A DNA stretch of 64,000 nt from Felis catus (GCF_018350175.1 NC_058368.1:19780001-19844000); one strand, 5' to 3'. Shown: positions 38,896 to 53,547, counted from the first letter of the stretch. Numbers and translations: made by a program. Notes: generated from the letters alone by a model not told the origin.

Positions 38896-40060
38896 ACACT
38901 TCACCTAAGCATCTACATATACAATGACCTATATGTAACCAATCAAGTGTTTATAAGCCTCAGCCAGGTTTTGAGTCTTTCAAATGCAAATACCCATATA
39001 CTCTTAAAGAGTAAGTTGTCAAACATAAGGAAAGCTGCAAAGAATAATAAATTGATGCCTTCGTCTGAGCTTAGAAACAGAACAATGAATCTGTTCAAAA
39101 CATTTGGAGGATTCCAGAATCTTCTCTTGATGACTTAAAGAAAGGTGTGTGGGCGGACAGATGTATAAACTCCTTAATTGCTATCTGGGTATTTACTGAG
39201 TCGATACAGTGTAACTTTTTAGAAGAAAATATTATTTTATTGTCTTTGTGATAGATGCCACAAAGGTAAGCATGAGGTGACAGATATGACAGAATACAGG
39301 ACGTATCAAAATTCCTTTGAGTGTTCACTTTTCTACCCTATCCCTCCTTAAGAAGTTTAGCTACAAAATGGATTTTCTTCACCATGATTTTCTAAGTAAA
39401 AACATTATTCAACTTGTCACTTTTTAATTCCTATCAGTTATTCCTTCAAGAAGTAGCACTCTACTCATTTCTCATTTCTGAAGAGTCAGACTCACAATGG
39501 AAGAGAGGAGGCTAAGTAGTAAAGTCGTTCTCCCATGAGAAGCTAACGGTGGGGGTAAGGAAGGTGGGTACACATCTACGCAGCAATTCTCAACCGCCCT
39601 CCATCACAACCAAGAGTAGCTTGCTCCTGAGCCTCCCGCTTTAGAGGGCCCCAAGTTTCCTCACACACACACACTAAATAGATTTATTAAAGACCATCAT
39701 GATCTAGGCAAGTGTTTACTAAGTTCATAGAGCTCATGTGTTACTTTGATTATACTGAAATGGTTCTCCAGTTTGAGCCAAAGGTAACTCCATTCCTTTC
39801 GCAACAAGGCAGGATATAAAATGAAACCCACTTGATGCAGATCTGTATTTAGAATCAACATATTAGAATTAGCATACACAACACAATTACCAGTTCACTT
39901 AATTTTTTTTTTTTTTACAATTTTTACAATTGCCAGTAAACTTAATTTTTTGTTCATTTGTTTTTCTTATGAAAATAGCAACACACAATCGTGGAGAAAA
40001 TTTGCGAGATTTTGTCAGCCTTCTTTCATTTTTTTTTTTTTTGATCAAAGAAATAGCCTA

Positions 40061-40400
40061 TTTTATTTTTTTAATGTTTATTTTTGAGGGAGAGAGAAAG
40101 AGTGTGAGTGCAGGAGGGGCAGAGAGAGAGGGAGACACAGAATCTGAACCAGGCTCCAGGCTCTGAGCTGTCAGCCCAGAGCCTAACACGGGGCTCGAAC
40201 CCACCAACTGTGAGATCATGACCTGAGCCAAAGTTGGACGCCTAACTGACTGAGCCGCCCAGGAGCCCCGACAGAGAATCTTAAACAGGCTCCACGTTCA
40301 GCGTGGAGCCCTACATGGGGCTCCATCCTACAACTCTGGGATCATGATTTCGGCCAAAATCAAGAATTGGAGGCTCAACTGACAGCCACCCAGACACCCC
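40061..40400 (-). mobile_element. Two adjacent Can-SINE units (full copy 40061-40269, older partial copy 40270-40400)
   Basis: Two heads on the minus strand: gagccgcccaggagcccc and cagccacccagacacccc. Confidence 0.85.
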
Positions 40401-40609
40401 GTCAAATTGACTTTTTAAAAGATTTTATCTATTAACACTCACTAACAATACAATATGCAAGTATGGCTGTGGCTTAGATTATTTTCTTAGGTTTGCCCAA
40501 CCAAAGCTCGGTAGATCAACGAAGTACACATTAAAAAAAATGTTTTATTCATCCTTCTATTTTCCCCTCTTTACATTCAACTGACCACATATCTATCATC
40601 CTAACTTTT

Positions 40610-43135
40610 TTCTCAGATACTTTTTTTAGAGCGTTTGTAAATTCACAGCAAAATTGAGAGGAAGGTATGGAGATTTCTCACATACTCCCTGCTCCCCTCC
40701 AAATAACATTCCAGCTCCAAATAACATTCCATACTCCAGCTCCCCCATTAACATCCTACACCAGAGTGGTACATTTATGATAACTGATGAATCTATATTG
40801 ACACATCATTATCACCATCCAAAGTCCACAGTGAACCCTGCCGTAAGGTTCACTCTTAGTATTGTAAATCCTGTGATTTTTGATAAATGTATACTGACAT
40901 GTGTCCACTATTTTAGTGTCATGCTGAGTTATTTCCACTGCCCTAAAAATCCCCTGTGCTCTGCCTATTCATCCTTTCTCTTCCCACCCAATCCCTGGCA
41001 CCACTGATCTTTTCACAGTCTCCAAAGATTCATCCTTTCCAGACTGTCATACAGTTTGAATCATACAGTATGCAGCCTTTTCAAATTGGTTTCTTTTACT
41101 GAGTAGTATGCACTTAAGTTTCCTCCGTGTGTTTTTATGGCCTGATAGCTCATTTCTTTCTAGCCCTGAATAATCTTCCATTGACTGGCTGTACCACAGT
41201 TTATTTACCCTTTCATGTACAGAAGGACATGTTGGTTGCCTCTAAATTTTGTTAATCATCGATAAAGCTGCTATATACATCCGTGTGCAGGTTTTTGTGT
41301 GGACGTAAGTCTTCCATTCCTTTGGATAAATAGTAAGGATTGCTGGGCTGTATGGTAAGAGTGTGTTTAGTTTTAGAAGAACGACCAAACTGTTTTCCCA
41401 AGAGGCTGTACCATTGTGCATTTCCATTAGCGATGCAGGAGAGCTCCTGCTGTTCCACATCGTTGGAATCATTTGGTGCTATCAGTACTCTGGATTGTGG
41501 CCGCTCCAACAGCTGTGGTGGTATCTAATTTTAATTTGCCTTTCTCTGATGACACAGGAAGTGGAGCATCTTTCATACGCCTTGCCGTCTGTAGATCTTC
41601 TTTGGTGAGGTGTCCGTTAAGGCCTTTGGCTCATTGTTCATCTCTTATTGTTGAGTTTTCATTCTTCATATATTTTGGATAACTCCTTTTATCAAACATA
41701 TCTTCTGCAAATATTTTCTCCCATTCTGTGGCTTGTCTTTTTATTCCCTTGGCAGTGTGTTTTGCAGCGAAGAAATGTTTCATTTTAATGAAGCATAGTT
41801 TATCAATTCTTGCTTTCATGGATCATACCTAAGGCATAATACCGGAAAAGTCATCACCAGGGGCGCCTGGGTGGCTCAGTCAGTTGAGCGTCTGACTTCA
41901 ACTCAGGTCATGATCTCACAGCTCGTGGGTTAGAGCCCCGCATCAGGCTCTGTACTGACAGCTCAGAGGCTGGAGCCTGCTTCAGATTCTGTCTCCATCT
42001 CTCTCTGCCCATGCCTGCTCACATTCTGTCTGTCTCTCTCAAAAATAAATAAACATTAAAAATTAAAAAAAAAAAATAAAGTCATCACCAAATTCAAAGT
42101 CATCTGAACTTTCTCCTATGTTACCTTTCACAAGTTTTACGGTTTTGCATTTTGCATTTAGGGCCTGTGATCTATTCTGAGTTAGTTTTTGTAAAGGGTA
42201 TAAGGTCTGTGTCTCTATCTGTTTTTCACACGTGGATATCCAGTTGTTCCAGCAAGATTTGTTGAAAAGACTATACTTTTTTTCTCCATTGTATTGCCTT
42301 TGCTCCTCAGTTGACTTTATTTATGAGGGTCTATTTCTGAGATCTTTATTCTGCTCCACTGACCTATTTGTCTGCCCTTCCACCCACACTGACTATCCTG
42401 ATTACGAAGCTGTACAGTAAGTCTTAAAGATAGGCAGTGTCAATCCCCCAACTTTGTTCTTCTCCAATATCGTGCTGGCTATTCTGGGTCTTTTTCCTCT
42501 CCATATAAACTTTAGAATCCGTTTGTCGATATCTATAAAATAACTTGTTGGGATTTTGGTTGGCACTGCACTGAATGGATGGATCAAGTTGGGAAGAACT
42601 GACATCTTGACAATATTGAGTCTTCCTATCTGCAAACATGGATCTCCCTCCATTTATTTCAGTTTTTTAAAAATTTTACTCATCAGAGTTTTGTGGTTCA
42701 CCTCATATAGACCTGGTACATATTTTGTTAGATGTATACCAAAGTATTTCATTTTGGGGGGTGCCAATGTAAATGGTACTGTTTTTAATTTCAAATTCCA
42801 TTCCAAGACCCTCATTGTTCATTACCGGTATATAATAAACAACTGACCTTCATATATTAACTTTGCATCCTGCAGCTTTAATATAATTGTTTATTAGTTC
42901 CAGGAGGTTTTTTGGTCAATTTTTTTGTCAACATTTCTTAGATTTTTCTACATAGGCAATCACGCCATCTACAAAGAGTTTTATTTTTTTCTTCCCAATC
43001 AGTATATCTTTTATTTTCTTTTTCTTATCTTATTGCATCAGCTAGAACTTCCAGTACAACACTGAAAAAGAATGGCGAGGGGGTCATCCTTGCCTTAAAC
43101 CTGATTTTAGTGGGAAAGCTTCTGATTTCTCCCCA
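40610..43135 (-). mobile_element. L1MC-like LINE-1, about 2.3 kb of ORF2 3' end plus 3'UTR
   Basis: Peptides IGRLNIVKMSVLPNLIHPFSAVPTKIP...NKVGGLTLP and KRQATEWEKIFA. 3' end ttcacagcaaaattgagaggaagg. Confidence 0.88.
41860..42077 (+). mobile_element. Can-SINE inserted in L1
   Basis: 13-bp TSD aaagtcatcacca at 41847-41859 and 42078-42090. Confidence 0.95.
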
Positions 43136-43654
43136 TACCTAATTGTTTTTAATGTTCACTGTAACAGATCAAACAACTCTGTTATGTATAAGTAAAAAGT
43201 CAGTAATTATCTCCACCTTCTATCTCATCCCTCTAAGGAAACCAGAGTTAATAGTCTGGTATCTCCTTTTACATCTTTCTTTCTCTTTTACCTTTATGTC
43301 AACACATGTAAATACGTATACATATAGGGCTTTTTATTTGTTTTACTGCACAAACATAGGGTCACACAATAGACATTACTTTACAATTTGCTGTTTTCGT
43401 TTATAATACATCAGAGCTATCTTTCCAGGGCAAAACACATGGTTCTAATTTATTCTTTCTGGTGGCTGTCTAGTACTCCAAAACATGAATACGCCATACT
43501 TTATTCATGTACTCCCTGTTAAATGGACATTCTATTTGTCTTCTATATATTACTATTGTAACAATACAGCAAGAAATGCCTTTGCATGTATAAACATATG
43601 AATTAATGTACATGTTGAAAAGATTGCTGGCTCAAAGATTATAAACACTTAATA

Positions 43655-43875
43655 TATTTTTTAAATTTTTTTTAATGTTTACTTATTTTTGAGAGAGACA
43701 GAGACAGAATCCAAGTGGGCTGGGGCAGAGAGAGAGGGAGGCACAGAATCTGAAGCAGGATCCAGGCTCCGAGCTGTCAGCACAGAGCCTGACGTGGGGC
43801 TCGAACTCACAAGCTGTGAGATCACGACCTGAGCTGAAGTCGGACGCTCAACCAACTGAGCCATGCAGGCGCCCC
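43655..43875 (-). mobile_element. Can-SINE
   Basis: TSD ataaacacttaata / ataaacatttaata. Confidence 0.93.
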
Positions 43876-44614
43876 ATAAACATTTAATAATTTAATAAAC
43901 TCTGCCAGATCTCACTTTCCGGAAGTATGCAGCTTTTCAGTTCCCTGCCATCTGACCCTCATACGATAGCCTATTTCCCCATATGTAATCAGCAGTGGAT
44001 ATTACTCATCTTTTCAATTTTTTGCCAAATTGATGTCCAAAAAAATATAACTCACTATAGTTTAATATGCATTGTCCTAACTGCTTATGAGCTAGAGTAC
44101 TTTTTATATGTTTATTTGCCATATTCATTTCTTGTTCTGTGAATTTCCTCCTTAAATCCTACCACAGCTTAGTTTCTTAAAAAGGAGGATGTGAGGCAAA
44201 ACTTAAGTGCTACTGCTTTATTTGCAGGTGCAATATCAGCAGTGTGAGTGAAGGAAAAGCAAAGAGAAGCAGAGAAAGTTAGGTGGTCCGTCACCAAGCT
44301 GGCCTATGTTTCATGAAGAGGCCCAGTTGGTCCTCTAGCATACAGGAAGTCTCTGGCAGAGTTTCAACATCAGGCTTATATGCTGGAGGAATCTGTTGGA
44401 GGAAGGGATGGAGAGGGAATTTATCTGCCAGCTCTCTTCTCCCCTGCTTTAAATTTTGATCATAATTTAGCTTCCCCTCCTCTTCTGGAATATTATACCA
44501 TCTAGCCTTTTTAAGAGCCACTGGGGAAGACAGATGTAAGTGCTGTGCTTCATACAACTCAGAAAGCTGCTGAGGAAACAGACAGCTATTTTCCTTAGGT
44601 TTTCATTTAAAGAC

Positions 44615-44840
44615 AGCAAAGCACAGTGGTTAGGTTAAGAGCTTGGGTACTGGAGGCAAACTGTCTGGTTTGAATCCTGGTTAAAACACGTACTAGTTAT
44701 ATGATCTTGGACAAGCCGCTCAGGACCTCTAACAGTAATAAGGAGAGTCATAAGACTGTGGTGAGGATTTGGTTAATATTTATAAAGCATTTAAAGCAGT
44801 GCCTGGCATACAGTAAGTACTCTATGAGAGTTAGATAAAA
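44615..44840 (+). mobile_element. MIR
   Basis: gcacagtggtta...ggtttgaatcctgg...taaagcatttaaagcagtgcctggcatacagtaagtactc. Confidence 0.75.
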
Positions 44841-44909
44841 TAAATAAATGCTACCTTTGTGAAATGAATTAAGGAGTCTTCCCTTAAAAAACAAAAACAA
44901 AAAACTTCT

Positions 44910-45111
44910 GGGGTACCTGGGTGGCTCAGTAGGTTAAGCATCTGACTTTAGCTCAAGTCATGATCTTACGGTTTGTGGGTTCGAGCCCCGTGTGAGTCTC
45001 TGTGCTGACAGCTCAGAGTCTGAATGAAGCCTGTCTCCCTTCCTCTCTGCCCCTCTCCTGCTCACACACTCTCCCTCTCTCTCAAAAATAAATAAACAGT
45101 AAAAAAATTTT
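44910..45111 (+). mobile_element. Can-SINE
   Basis: TSD aaaaacttct, with head, body and tail. Confidence 0.92.
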
Positions 45112-45395
45112 AAAAACTTCTGGAATATATTGAACAACTTAACAGAAGAACTAGAGAGAATTTTGCTATAAAATACTGAATGCCTGGTTCTTTTTTTTAA
45201 TAGCAGCTCTTTAATAACTTTCCTATTTTCTCTTACAGTTATGGGTCTCATAAGCTTTCTTATCTCTCTTCGGGTCAAATTTATTAATTTATATTTTATT
45301 AAAAAATCCACTTCCTTGAAGATTTCAAATATATTACCATGGAACTAATATAACATTGTCCTCTGATGCTTTTTTAACCCTCTTTCATAGAAAAG

Positions 45396-45993
45396 CAGTT
45401 CTACTACAAACATTAGTTTGTTTCAACACGATTGGTAAATTAGGGAAACAATTTGAGCATAGCTCAAATTTCATGTCACTTTTGCAAAATTTTGTCCAGA
45501 AACACTAGATGAGCCCAAAAAACTGAACCAAGCTATGTAGGAATACATAAAACAGAGACACACAGATCTCCAACATCTACCCGCTACTTCAGTGTACCAA
45601 CCCTTTAGAGCCACATCTATCTACATCTGGTGTTAAAACTTGGCCTTCTGACTTCAGATAACCTCCGCCTACCACTTCAAATAAGTCACAAGCTGCAATC
45701 CTTCCGAGGCACACTTCCACAAGCAAACTTAAGGGCTTTTTCAAGATTAAGTACCACAGTTATTGTAATGTTTATGTATTCCCTCATTTAGCACGTCGAA
45801 AACTATGCTACATTTTTACGAGTGTCCCATCTTTATTTTTTATGTATCACTAAGTTGTGTTTTTTTTCTTTTTAAACAATGTTTTTGGGTATTGTGTTCC
45901 TAAATTCATTTTCCCTAAGACTTTTATGGCTTTTATTGCAATTCTATATAGCACAGTGATTTTTAAAAACGCACATTGCATTATGGCAGAACT
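45396..45993. mobile_element. Ancient Tigger-type element (Tigger13a-like)
   Basis: Ends cagttctactac... / ...ttatggcagaact form imperfect TIRs. Internal attagggaaacaatttgagcata resembles Tigger13a. Confidence 0.55.
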
Positions 45994-45998
45994 AAGTG

Positions 45999-46001
<3 letters not shown>

Positions 46002-46036
<35 letters not shown>
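46002..46036. repeat. (AT)n microsatellite
   Basis: About 17 AT units. Confidence 0.92.
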
Positions 46037-46038
<2 letters not shown>

Positions 46039-46157
46039 AAATGTTACATCTCTTTCTTCATGCTTCAAATTATATACTTTTTATTTCTTGTTTTCTTTAA
46101 TGAGATGTGCCAAGAAATTTATCTATTTTTATCAGTACTTTCTAAAACCCAGCTTTT

Positions 46158-46389
46158 GGGGTGCTTGGGTGGCTCAGTCAGTTGGGCGTCCGACTTCAGC
46201 TCAGGTCATGATCTCGCAGTTGGTGAGTTTGAGCCCCACATCGGGCTCTGTTCTGACAGCTCAGAGCCTGGAGCCTGCTTCAAATTCTGTGTCTCCTCCT
46301 CTCTGTCCCTCCCATACTCATGCTCTGTCTCTGTCTCTCAATAATAAATAAATGTTAAAAAATTGTTTAAATAAAATAAAAATAAAAAG
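46158..46389 (+). mobile_element. Can-SINE
   Basis: 14-bp TSD aaaacccagctttt at 46144-46157 and 46390-46403. Confidence 0.95.
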
Positions 46390-46899
46390 AAAACCCAGCT
46401 TTTGGCTTCATTTACTGTCCTTTTGTTTTCTCCATCTTTAATTTCAGGACTCATTTTTAGAATTCTCTCTTCCAACCTTCTTTTGGTTTATTTTATCACT
46501 TTTGGATAACTTAAGTTAAATGCTTAGGTTCACATGTGTAAATTTTTATTTTAAAGTAATAATATTTTAAGGTAAAATTCTCTAATGCAGATTTGACTGT
46601 ATTCCATAAGTTTATATACAAAGTGGTTCTCATTTAAAGCAATGTCTGCATTTTATGTATTTCAGGAATATATTGTTTATATGTTTACTTCCTCTTTAAA
46701 TGAATAAATTACTTAGAAAAATGCTTACTTAATAAGCAGTTATATTTATGGCTATCTTTTTGTTGCTACTTTCTAGCTTTATTGGTTTATAGTCAGAAAA
46801 CATAGTATCTTTACTTTTTAGAATTTACTAAGATTTTCCTTTTCATCAAGATATTCTGTAAATGTTCTGTAGATATAAGAAAAAATGCAACTTTTTTCT

Positions 46900-47083
46900 A
46901 ATGTTTTTTTTTTTTTTCCTGGGGGGTGGGGGGCAGAGGGACAGAGAAAGAAGGAGACAGAATCTGAAGCAGACTCTAGGGTCTGAGCTGGTAGCACAGA
47001 GCCTGATGCAGGGCTTGAATCCACAAACAGTGAGATCATGAGCCGAAGTCAGAGGCCTAACCAACTGAGCCACCCAGGCGTCC
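46900..47083 (-). mobile_element. Can-SINE
   Basis: Head gagccacccaggcgtcc on the plus strand. Degenerate TSD agaaaaaatgca(a/g)ctt. Confidence 0.88.
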
Positions 47084-50000
47084 TAGAAAAAAAAATGCAG
47101 CTTATCCAAAGTTCTAGATCTACTTGTATACCTATTCAATGAAATGATGATAGTTTTCAAATATTCTATAGTTTCATTTTTTTTTTGGCCTACTTGAATT
47201 TCACATTCAGAAATAGATGTACTAAAGAAATGTACTTTTTATTTTTAGAAATGTGCTTCATTTTAAATGTTTATTATTCTGATTATAAAAGTAATATGAT
47301 ACAGATAAAATTTTAAAATGGAATACTATCAGGAAGGAAAATTAAGTCTATAGTTCTGTCAAACAGTGCTAATTACTGTTAATATTTTGATGATTTTGCT
47401 TTTCCATCTTTTCTCATATACATAAAAACACATTAAATTGGAACAGTATACCACTGATGCTGTTTTATAGCTCTCCTTTTTAACATTATCACATGAATAT
47501 CAAATATTTTTTGAAAATACATGTTTAATGGCTACTTAATATTCCAATGGAAGGCTACATATGTTATCTAATTAATCCCTATTACATTTCTAAGACACCA
47601 ATGTTTTTATTATAAAAATGATTATTAAAATAATATTTATTATTATAAACAATCTTTTTTTATGCTTATTTTCTTTGGATGGTTTTCTAGAAACAGAGTT
47701 ACTGATATAAAAGTACAGATACTTCTCAAGCTCTATTACACATGATCAATACTTTTTCTAAATAGTTAATGCGTGTTTATGTCCCCTCTATCAATGCACA
47801 AGACAGCCTATTTTATTCAATGCTGGCTGACATGTATATAATAAAGTCAATGTTATGTAGGTAAAAATAAATTTTAAAAAATTTCACACATTAAAATGTC
47901 TATTAGCCCTTAGTGTTTCCTTTTATGACTTTTCTGCTATTTATAGAATTTTAGTGCTTTTCTTATCTATTTGTATATGCTTCTCATTTATTGAAGATAT
48001 TATCCTTCTGGTCATATTTTAAGCAACAATTTATTATTTTCATTGAAATTGCATCTATCTTTTTTTTACACCAAGAAATTTTGAATTTTATGCAAGTGTT
48101 ATATTTGCCTTTGTGACTTGTATTGTTTTACGCTTACACATTCTTCCTGATAGAGACTGTTTATAAATGTCTACTCTATTTACTTCTAGTTTTTTGCTTT
48201 TCTTTTTTTAAGGCTTTACTTTGCACATCAAAGCTGCTTGTAAGACATGAGAAAAGGATTAAAATCGATCTTTTTCTTAAAAGCAAGCCATTTATTTAAT
48301 AACTTCTCCCATCCATGACTAACTTGTGATGTCTTCTTTCCCATATTCTATGTTCTTACATATAATTGGGTCCATTTGGGAGTTATCTAACGCTGTTCTG
48401 TTGACCTCCTATTGTCTTCTTGGGTCAAAATGAAAATGATTTAATTACTGCAGATATAAAATCTGTGTTAACATAGAGGCTATGTGTCTCCTAATTTCTC
48501 TTCTTAAAAAGAAATGTAGCTCAATGATCATTAGAATAATCTTTTTATATAACAAGAAAGATCACATTAAGAATTCTGATTGGAATTGCAATAAATCTTC
48601 TAAACTCAGGAAGAGAAGAACTGACCTTTAAAAGCCTTTTTTAATGTACATTAGCAAATTTTTATAATTTTCTTTCACTATATTTCCTATTTCTTTTTGA
48701 GATCACTTTTAAGAGTTCTGTTGTTAACTTCTGTGAATGGGATTGTTTCCCATTACTTGGTAGACTCTGAGTGAAAAAAGGCAGATTCATAGGTGGTGGT
48801 TTTGGACTAAAACTGAAAAATAGTGATATCACAGTTCTTGAAGACACACTGTGGATCCACTAAAATTCTTGATTTGTGGTAGTTATAGTGAGGCGATCAA
48901 TATAGGATAGAGTACTTGGTTAAATGGGACGTTTGGCACAGTCGTAACTCCAAAGGCAGAGTGAAGCACCATTCTACTCCTAAGTTTTAGAAGGAAAGGA
49001 AAAAAGGCGTGTTTCAGGTCAAATTAAAGAAAGAGGAAAAAAATGGCAAGACTGGTTAAGTTCCAATGTTATGGGATGTTGCTAACGGCCAGTGCTTTGG
49101 GCTGAGGATGGAGCAAAGAATAACAACGGAAAAAGCTATTAAGCTTCTTTGTGCATTTGTGAACTTTTTTCTACTCCTCCTTATCTCCTCGAATCCCTAT
49201 GAAAACCAGGTCTTCCATAATGAATCAATCAGAAGGTAGTATTACTTTATTTGGGCAACATCATACTGCAAAGAAAAGTTGCCAGCATGCCCTGTCATTA
49301 AAGAATGTACACGAAGGCTCATGCTTGTGTATACACATGCCATTCTCAACCCTCCTGTGACATGTTTCAAAAGAATGGTGATTACTTTCTATTGGCTTAC
49401 AAAAATGTATCTGTCAAGTAGATACCATGGCTCTTGTTTGGTTACAGAGGTCATCTCACCTGAGTCAGGTCATTACTCAGCTCTTTGTCAGTCTAAATTA
49501 GAGGTCAACAGACAGTACTTTGTATTTTCACTAAAAGGAAACGTGTGGGTTTTCTAGTCATCCTTAGACTCCTACATATCACAAGTTCCCAGGGATGCCC
49601 TGGATTCTCCTGTGAAATGCAGGCAGTGACGGAACAGCAGACTGTAATCCATGGTGCTGTGAGGCAGCTTTCGGTTCCACCCAAGGTACCAGGCATGACA
49701 GGGCACAGTAAGGCCCACGTGCTGGAAGAAACTAAAGCATCTACATCCCCTGCAATGATACCCAAACTTCACATACATTTCAAGGCAGCGGCCCCCACCC
49801 TGGGCCAAGTACATTTCCTAACCAGTTTCCTACCTACCTCCCTGCCTCCCTTCTTCCCTCCCTCACTCCTTTCCTTCCTTCCTTCCTTCTCTCTTCCCCC
49901 CCCAAAGTAATGTTCAACCACTGCAAAATATAAGAACTTTTTAGCAATCAATAATAATTAGGCTAGAAGGCAATGAGCTTGGCTCCTCTGCTATTCCCAC

Positions 50001-50153
50001 AGTCACCCTAACCCTTCAGTACGAGTTTACAGTAAAGGAGTGCTACACAGCTTCAGAGCGTGGCCCACCTGCTCACCTATTAAGTGTTAAGGTGCAATGA
50101 AATAGATTCTAAAAAATTCTACTAATAGAACCATGGTACCTTATACATAGTTG

Positions 50154-50185
<32 letters not shown>

Positions 50186-50390
50186 ATTTATATATATACT
50201 TTTATATAATTTATATATAAATTATATGTATATAATTTATATAATTTATAATATACATATTATATAATATATAATATATATTATATGTAATAGATAATAA
50301 TATATAATATATATATTATATATAATTATATAATATACATAATATATATAATATATATATTATATATATAATATATATATATATAATATT
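50154..50390. repeat. AT-only low-complexity / degenerate (TA)n tract
   Basis: About 235 bp, almost exclusively A/T. Confidence 0.92.
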
Positions 50391-50889
50391 TTAGTTTCTT
50401 GCTAATTGAAAGTTTGCCAATGATTCATTTCTTAATATACAGCATTACTTTAGGGAACAGAAATATATTCTAAAATTAGATTATTAGCTACTGATTCCTT
50501 GTTTTGCCTGTTGTGTATCAGAGCATATAAACTGATTTAATGCTTGATAAATCTAATTTTTATAAAGAAAACTGAATCAGAGTCTCTGTATAGGTTTTCC
50601 TCTCAGAAAAAATACATCTCAAACCAACCAGCGAGGTCATACAAAAAATAAACAGGAACTCTTAACTCAGCCCAAATGTGGTAAGAATAAAAGAAGAAAT
50701 AGTGTCATCTCCTTAACTATCCAGTAAAAGTATCACAAAGTAGACAGCTTTGAGGTACTCGTGTGTGTGTCTATGCAAAACCATTAACTGAAGAGAGGAG
50801 GTAAAGAGCTTCATGAACACAGAGATACAACATTCCTGGTTGGGAGCACAGGTGTCTTCTTTCTGCGTTTGCCTCCACAAAAGAGATTG

Positions 50890-51126
50890 ATTTGGGAATA
50901 CAATCTGGGGCAGCCGCCGTGGAAGACAGTATGGAAGGTTCCCCCAAAAACTTAAAATTAGAACTACCCTATGATCCGGTAATTGCACTACTGGATATTT
51001 ACCCAAAGAATACAAAAACACTAATTTGAAAGGATACATGCACCTCTGTGTTTATTGCGGCATTGTTTACAATAGACAAATTATGGAAGCAGTCCTCCAC
51101 CAATAGATAAATGGATACAGAGATGG

Positions 51127-51175
<49 letters not shown>

Positions 51176-51485
51176 GAATACTATTCAACCACGAAAAAAA
51201 ATGAAATCTGACCATTTGAAACAATACGGATGGATCTAGAGGGTATATAACAAGAAACAAAACAAAGGGGGAAAAAAAGACAAACCAAAATACAGACGTC
51301 TGACTATAGAGAACAAACAGATGGTAATCAGAGAGGAGGTGGGGGGGGGGGTGATGGGTGAAATAGGTGAAAGGGATTAAAAGTACACTTATCTTGATGA
51401 ACACGAATATAAGGAATTGCTGAATCACTATTTGTACACCTGAAACTAACGCAACACAATATGTTAACTACACTAGAACTAAAAG
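50890..51485 (+). mobile_element. L1 3' end (L1MA/L1_Carn-like) with internal (CA)n
   Basis: agaactaccctatgatccggtaattgcactactggatatttacccaaag...tgtacacctgaaactaa. Confidence 0.85.
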
Positions 51486-51491
51486 AAAAGA

Positions 51492-51715
51492 GGGGCACCC
51501 AAGTGGCTCAGTTGGTTAAGCATCTGACTTCAGCTCAGGTCACGATCTCACGGTTTGTGAGTTCAAGCCCTACATCAGGTTCTCTGCTCTCATCACAGAG
51601 CCCGCTTCAGATTCTCTGTCCTTCTCTCTGCCCCTCCCCCCACTCCTCCCCAGGCACATGTGCACTCTCCCTCTCCCTAAAATAAATAAACATTTTAAAA
51701 AATTAATAAAAAAAA
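51492..51715 (+). mobile_element. Can-SINE inserted at the L1 A-tail
   Basis: ggggcacccaagtggctcagttggttaag...aaaataaataaacatt. Confidence 0.9.
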
Positions 51716-52009
51716 GAAACAGAAGGTAAAAAAGATATCTAGTCTGCCATACTGCTGGCAATGAAGTTTATAAAACCCAAAAAGCAAGTTGCTCACAAAT
51801 TTTAGTAACTTCTGAAGATTAAATACTAAACATGGGAAAAAAAGAGAAAGTGACTTAAAGCTGAAACCTTCCTGGAAGACCCAATATTGGTAAACTTCTC
51901 ATTTTATATTTCCATATAAAATCTATTTCTGCATCTGCTTTAGAAATGTTCAGGATATTGTCAAATATATTACTTAGAGTCTCAATTATCAATTTACATG
52001 AAGGTGACT

Positions 52010-52615
52010 GATTTTTTTAAGTTGTGGTAAAAAGTGTATAACATTAAATTTATCATCTTAATCATTTTAAAGCATACGGTTCAGTAGTGTTAAGTATATT
52101 CACATTGTTGTGGAATAGATCTCTAGAATCTTCTTCATCTTGCAGAACCAAAACTTTATACCCGTTAAACACTAACTTCCCCCCACCACCTCCTACACAC
52201 CCCTGGCTTCCTTGGTAACTACCCTTCTGGTTTTTGTTTCTTTGATTTTGTTTCTGTTTCTGCGATAGCTTAGATATTTCATATGACCGGAATAACACAG
52301 TATTAGTTCTTTTCTGACTGGATTATTTCACTTAGCATAATGTCCTCAAGGTTCACCAATACAGCATGTGACAGAATCTCCCTTTTTAGGGCTACATAAT
52401 ATTTCCTTGTGTGTTTGTATCACATTTTCTTCATCCACCTTTCAATGGACATCTGGGTGGCTTTCACCACTTGGTTATTGTAAATAATGCTGCAATGAAC
52501 ATAAGTGTGCAAATGTCTCCTGCAGATCCTGTTTTGAATTCTTTGGGGTATATACTCATAAGGGAGATTGCTGGATCACGTAGTGAGTCTATTTTTAACT
52601 TTTTAAGGACCTTCA
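52010..52615 (-). mobile_element. L1MA/L1MB 3' end
   Basis: Peptide LKKLKIDSLRDPAISLMSIYPKE...CTLMFIAALFTI, followed by 3'UTR. Confidence 0.85.
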
Positions 52616-53510
52616 TATAAGAAAGGGTGACTGATTTTAAATTCAGTGTTAGAAAACCACGACTACCTTTCAAGTTGCCTTCTTTTTTATCACAGTTTCA
52701 GAATTAACAATGTCTCCTCTTTACCGCGGCTGTCAGGTAGTACAGAATCAAAGTCAAGTCTTACACAAACTGTGCTCGCCCTTATCATCTTCATGCATGT
52801 GTTACTCTAGGTTCCATTCAGCCTCTTTTGGTTGGCAGAAACTCAAGTCAGCAAAGAAGAGAGGATTTACGGCACAGAGTCAAAGGCCATAAAGGGAAAC
52901 CTACGGGCCACTAAAGCTGCACTTGCCACCCTCTGTGTCTCTCTTGCAGGCTCAGGGCTTCTCCCCTGGTATCTCTGTGTCTTGTTTCTCCAAGTGCAAT
53001 CTATTATCCTTCTCAACCACACAGTCTCTCCTGACAACTCAGCTCCTGTTCCCTCATGATTGGAGCTTGCGTGGAGCCATCAGGGCCTCTCCAAGCCCCT
53101 GTCTATTAACATGACCTTTCAGCCTCACTTCCCACTCACTGGCTTGCTGTCTTAGTACCTTCAGGTTCAAATTCAAGACAGGAATCTGAGCGGACTACAT
53201 ATCTTTTCTCACTTGGACCCCAATCTGTCCACACAAGCCCCTACCCGGTCTTTGGGCCAAGTGTCCACTCTCAGTCCCATCAGTTAATACTAAAAGAAAA
53301 TGGGGTTACAGGCTGTAAAACATGGCCACCTCCATCTTTTCACGAGGGCCCACACGGGACCGTTCCTTCACCACAGAAGAGGTTGAGCATAGGCAGACAC
53401 CATGTAGGACATATTTATCTGGCCCATCTTCACATGACCACGACATGTAAAACACACACACTCTAAGATTCATGTCGCTCACTTATGGCTATCTCCAAAT
53501 TTCAGTGCGT

Positions 53511-53511
<1 letters not shown>

Positions 53512-53547
<36 letters not shown>
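53512..53547. repeat. (CA)n microsatellite
   Basis: About 18 CA units. Confidence 0.9.
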
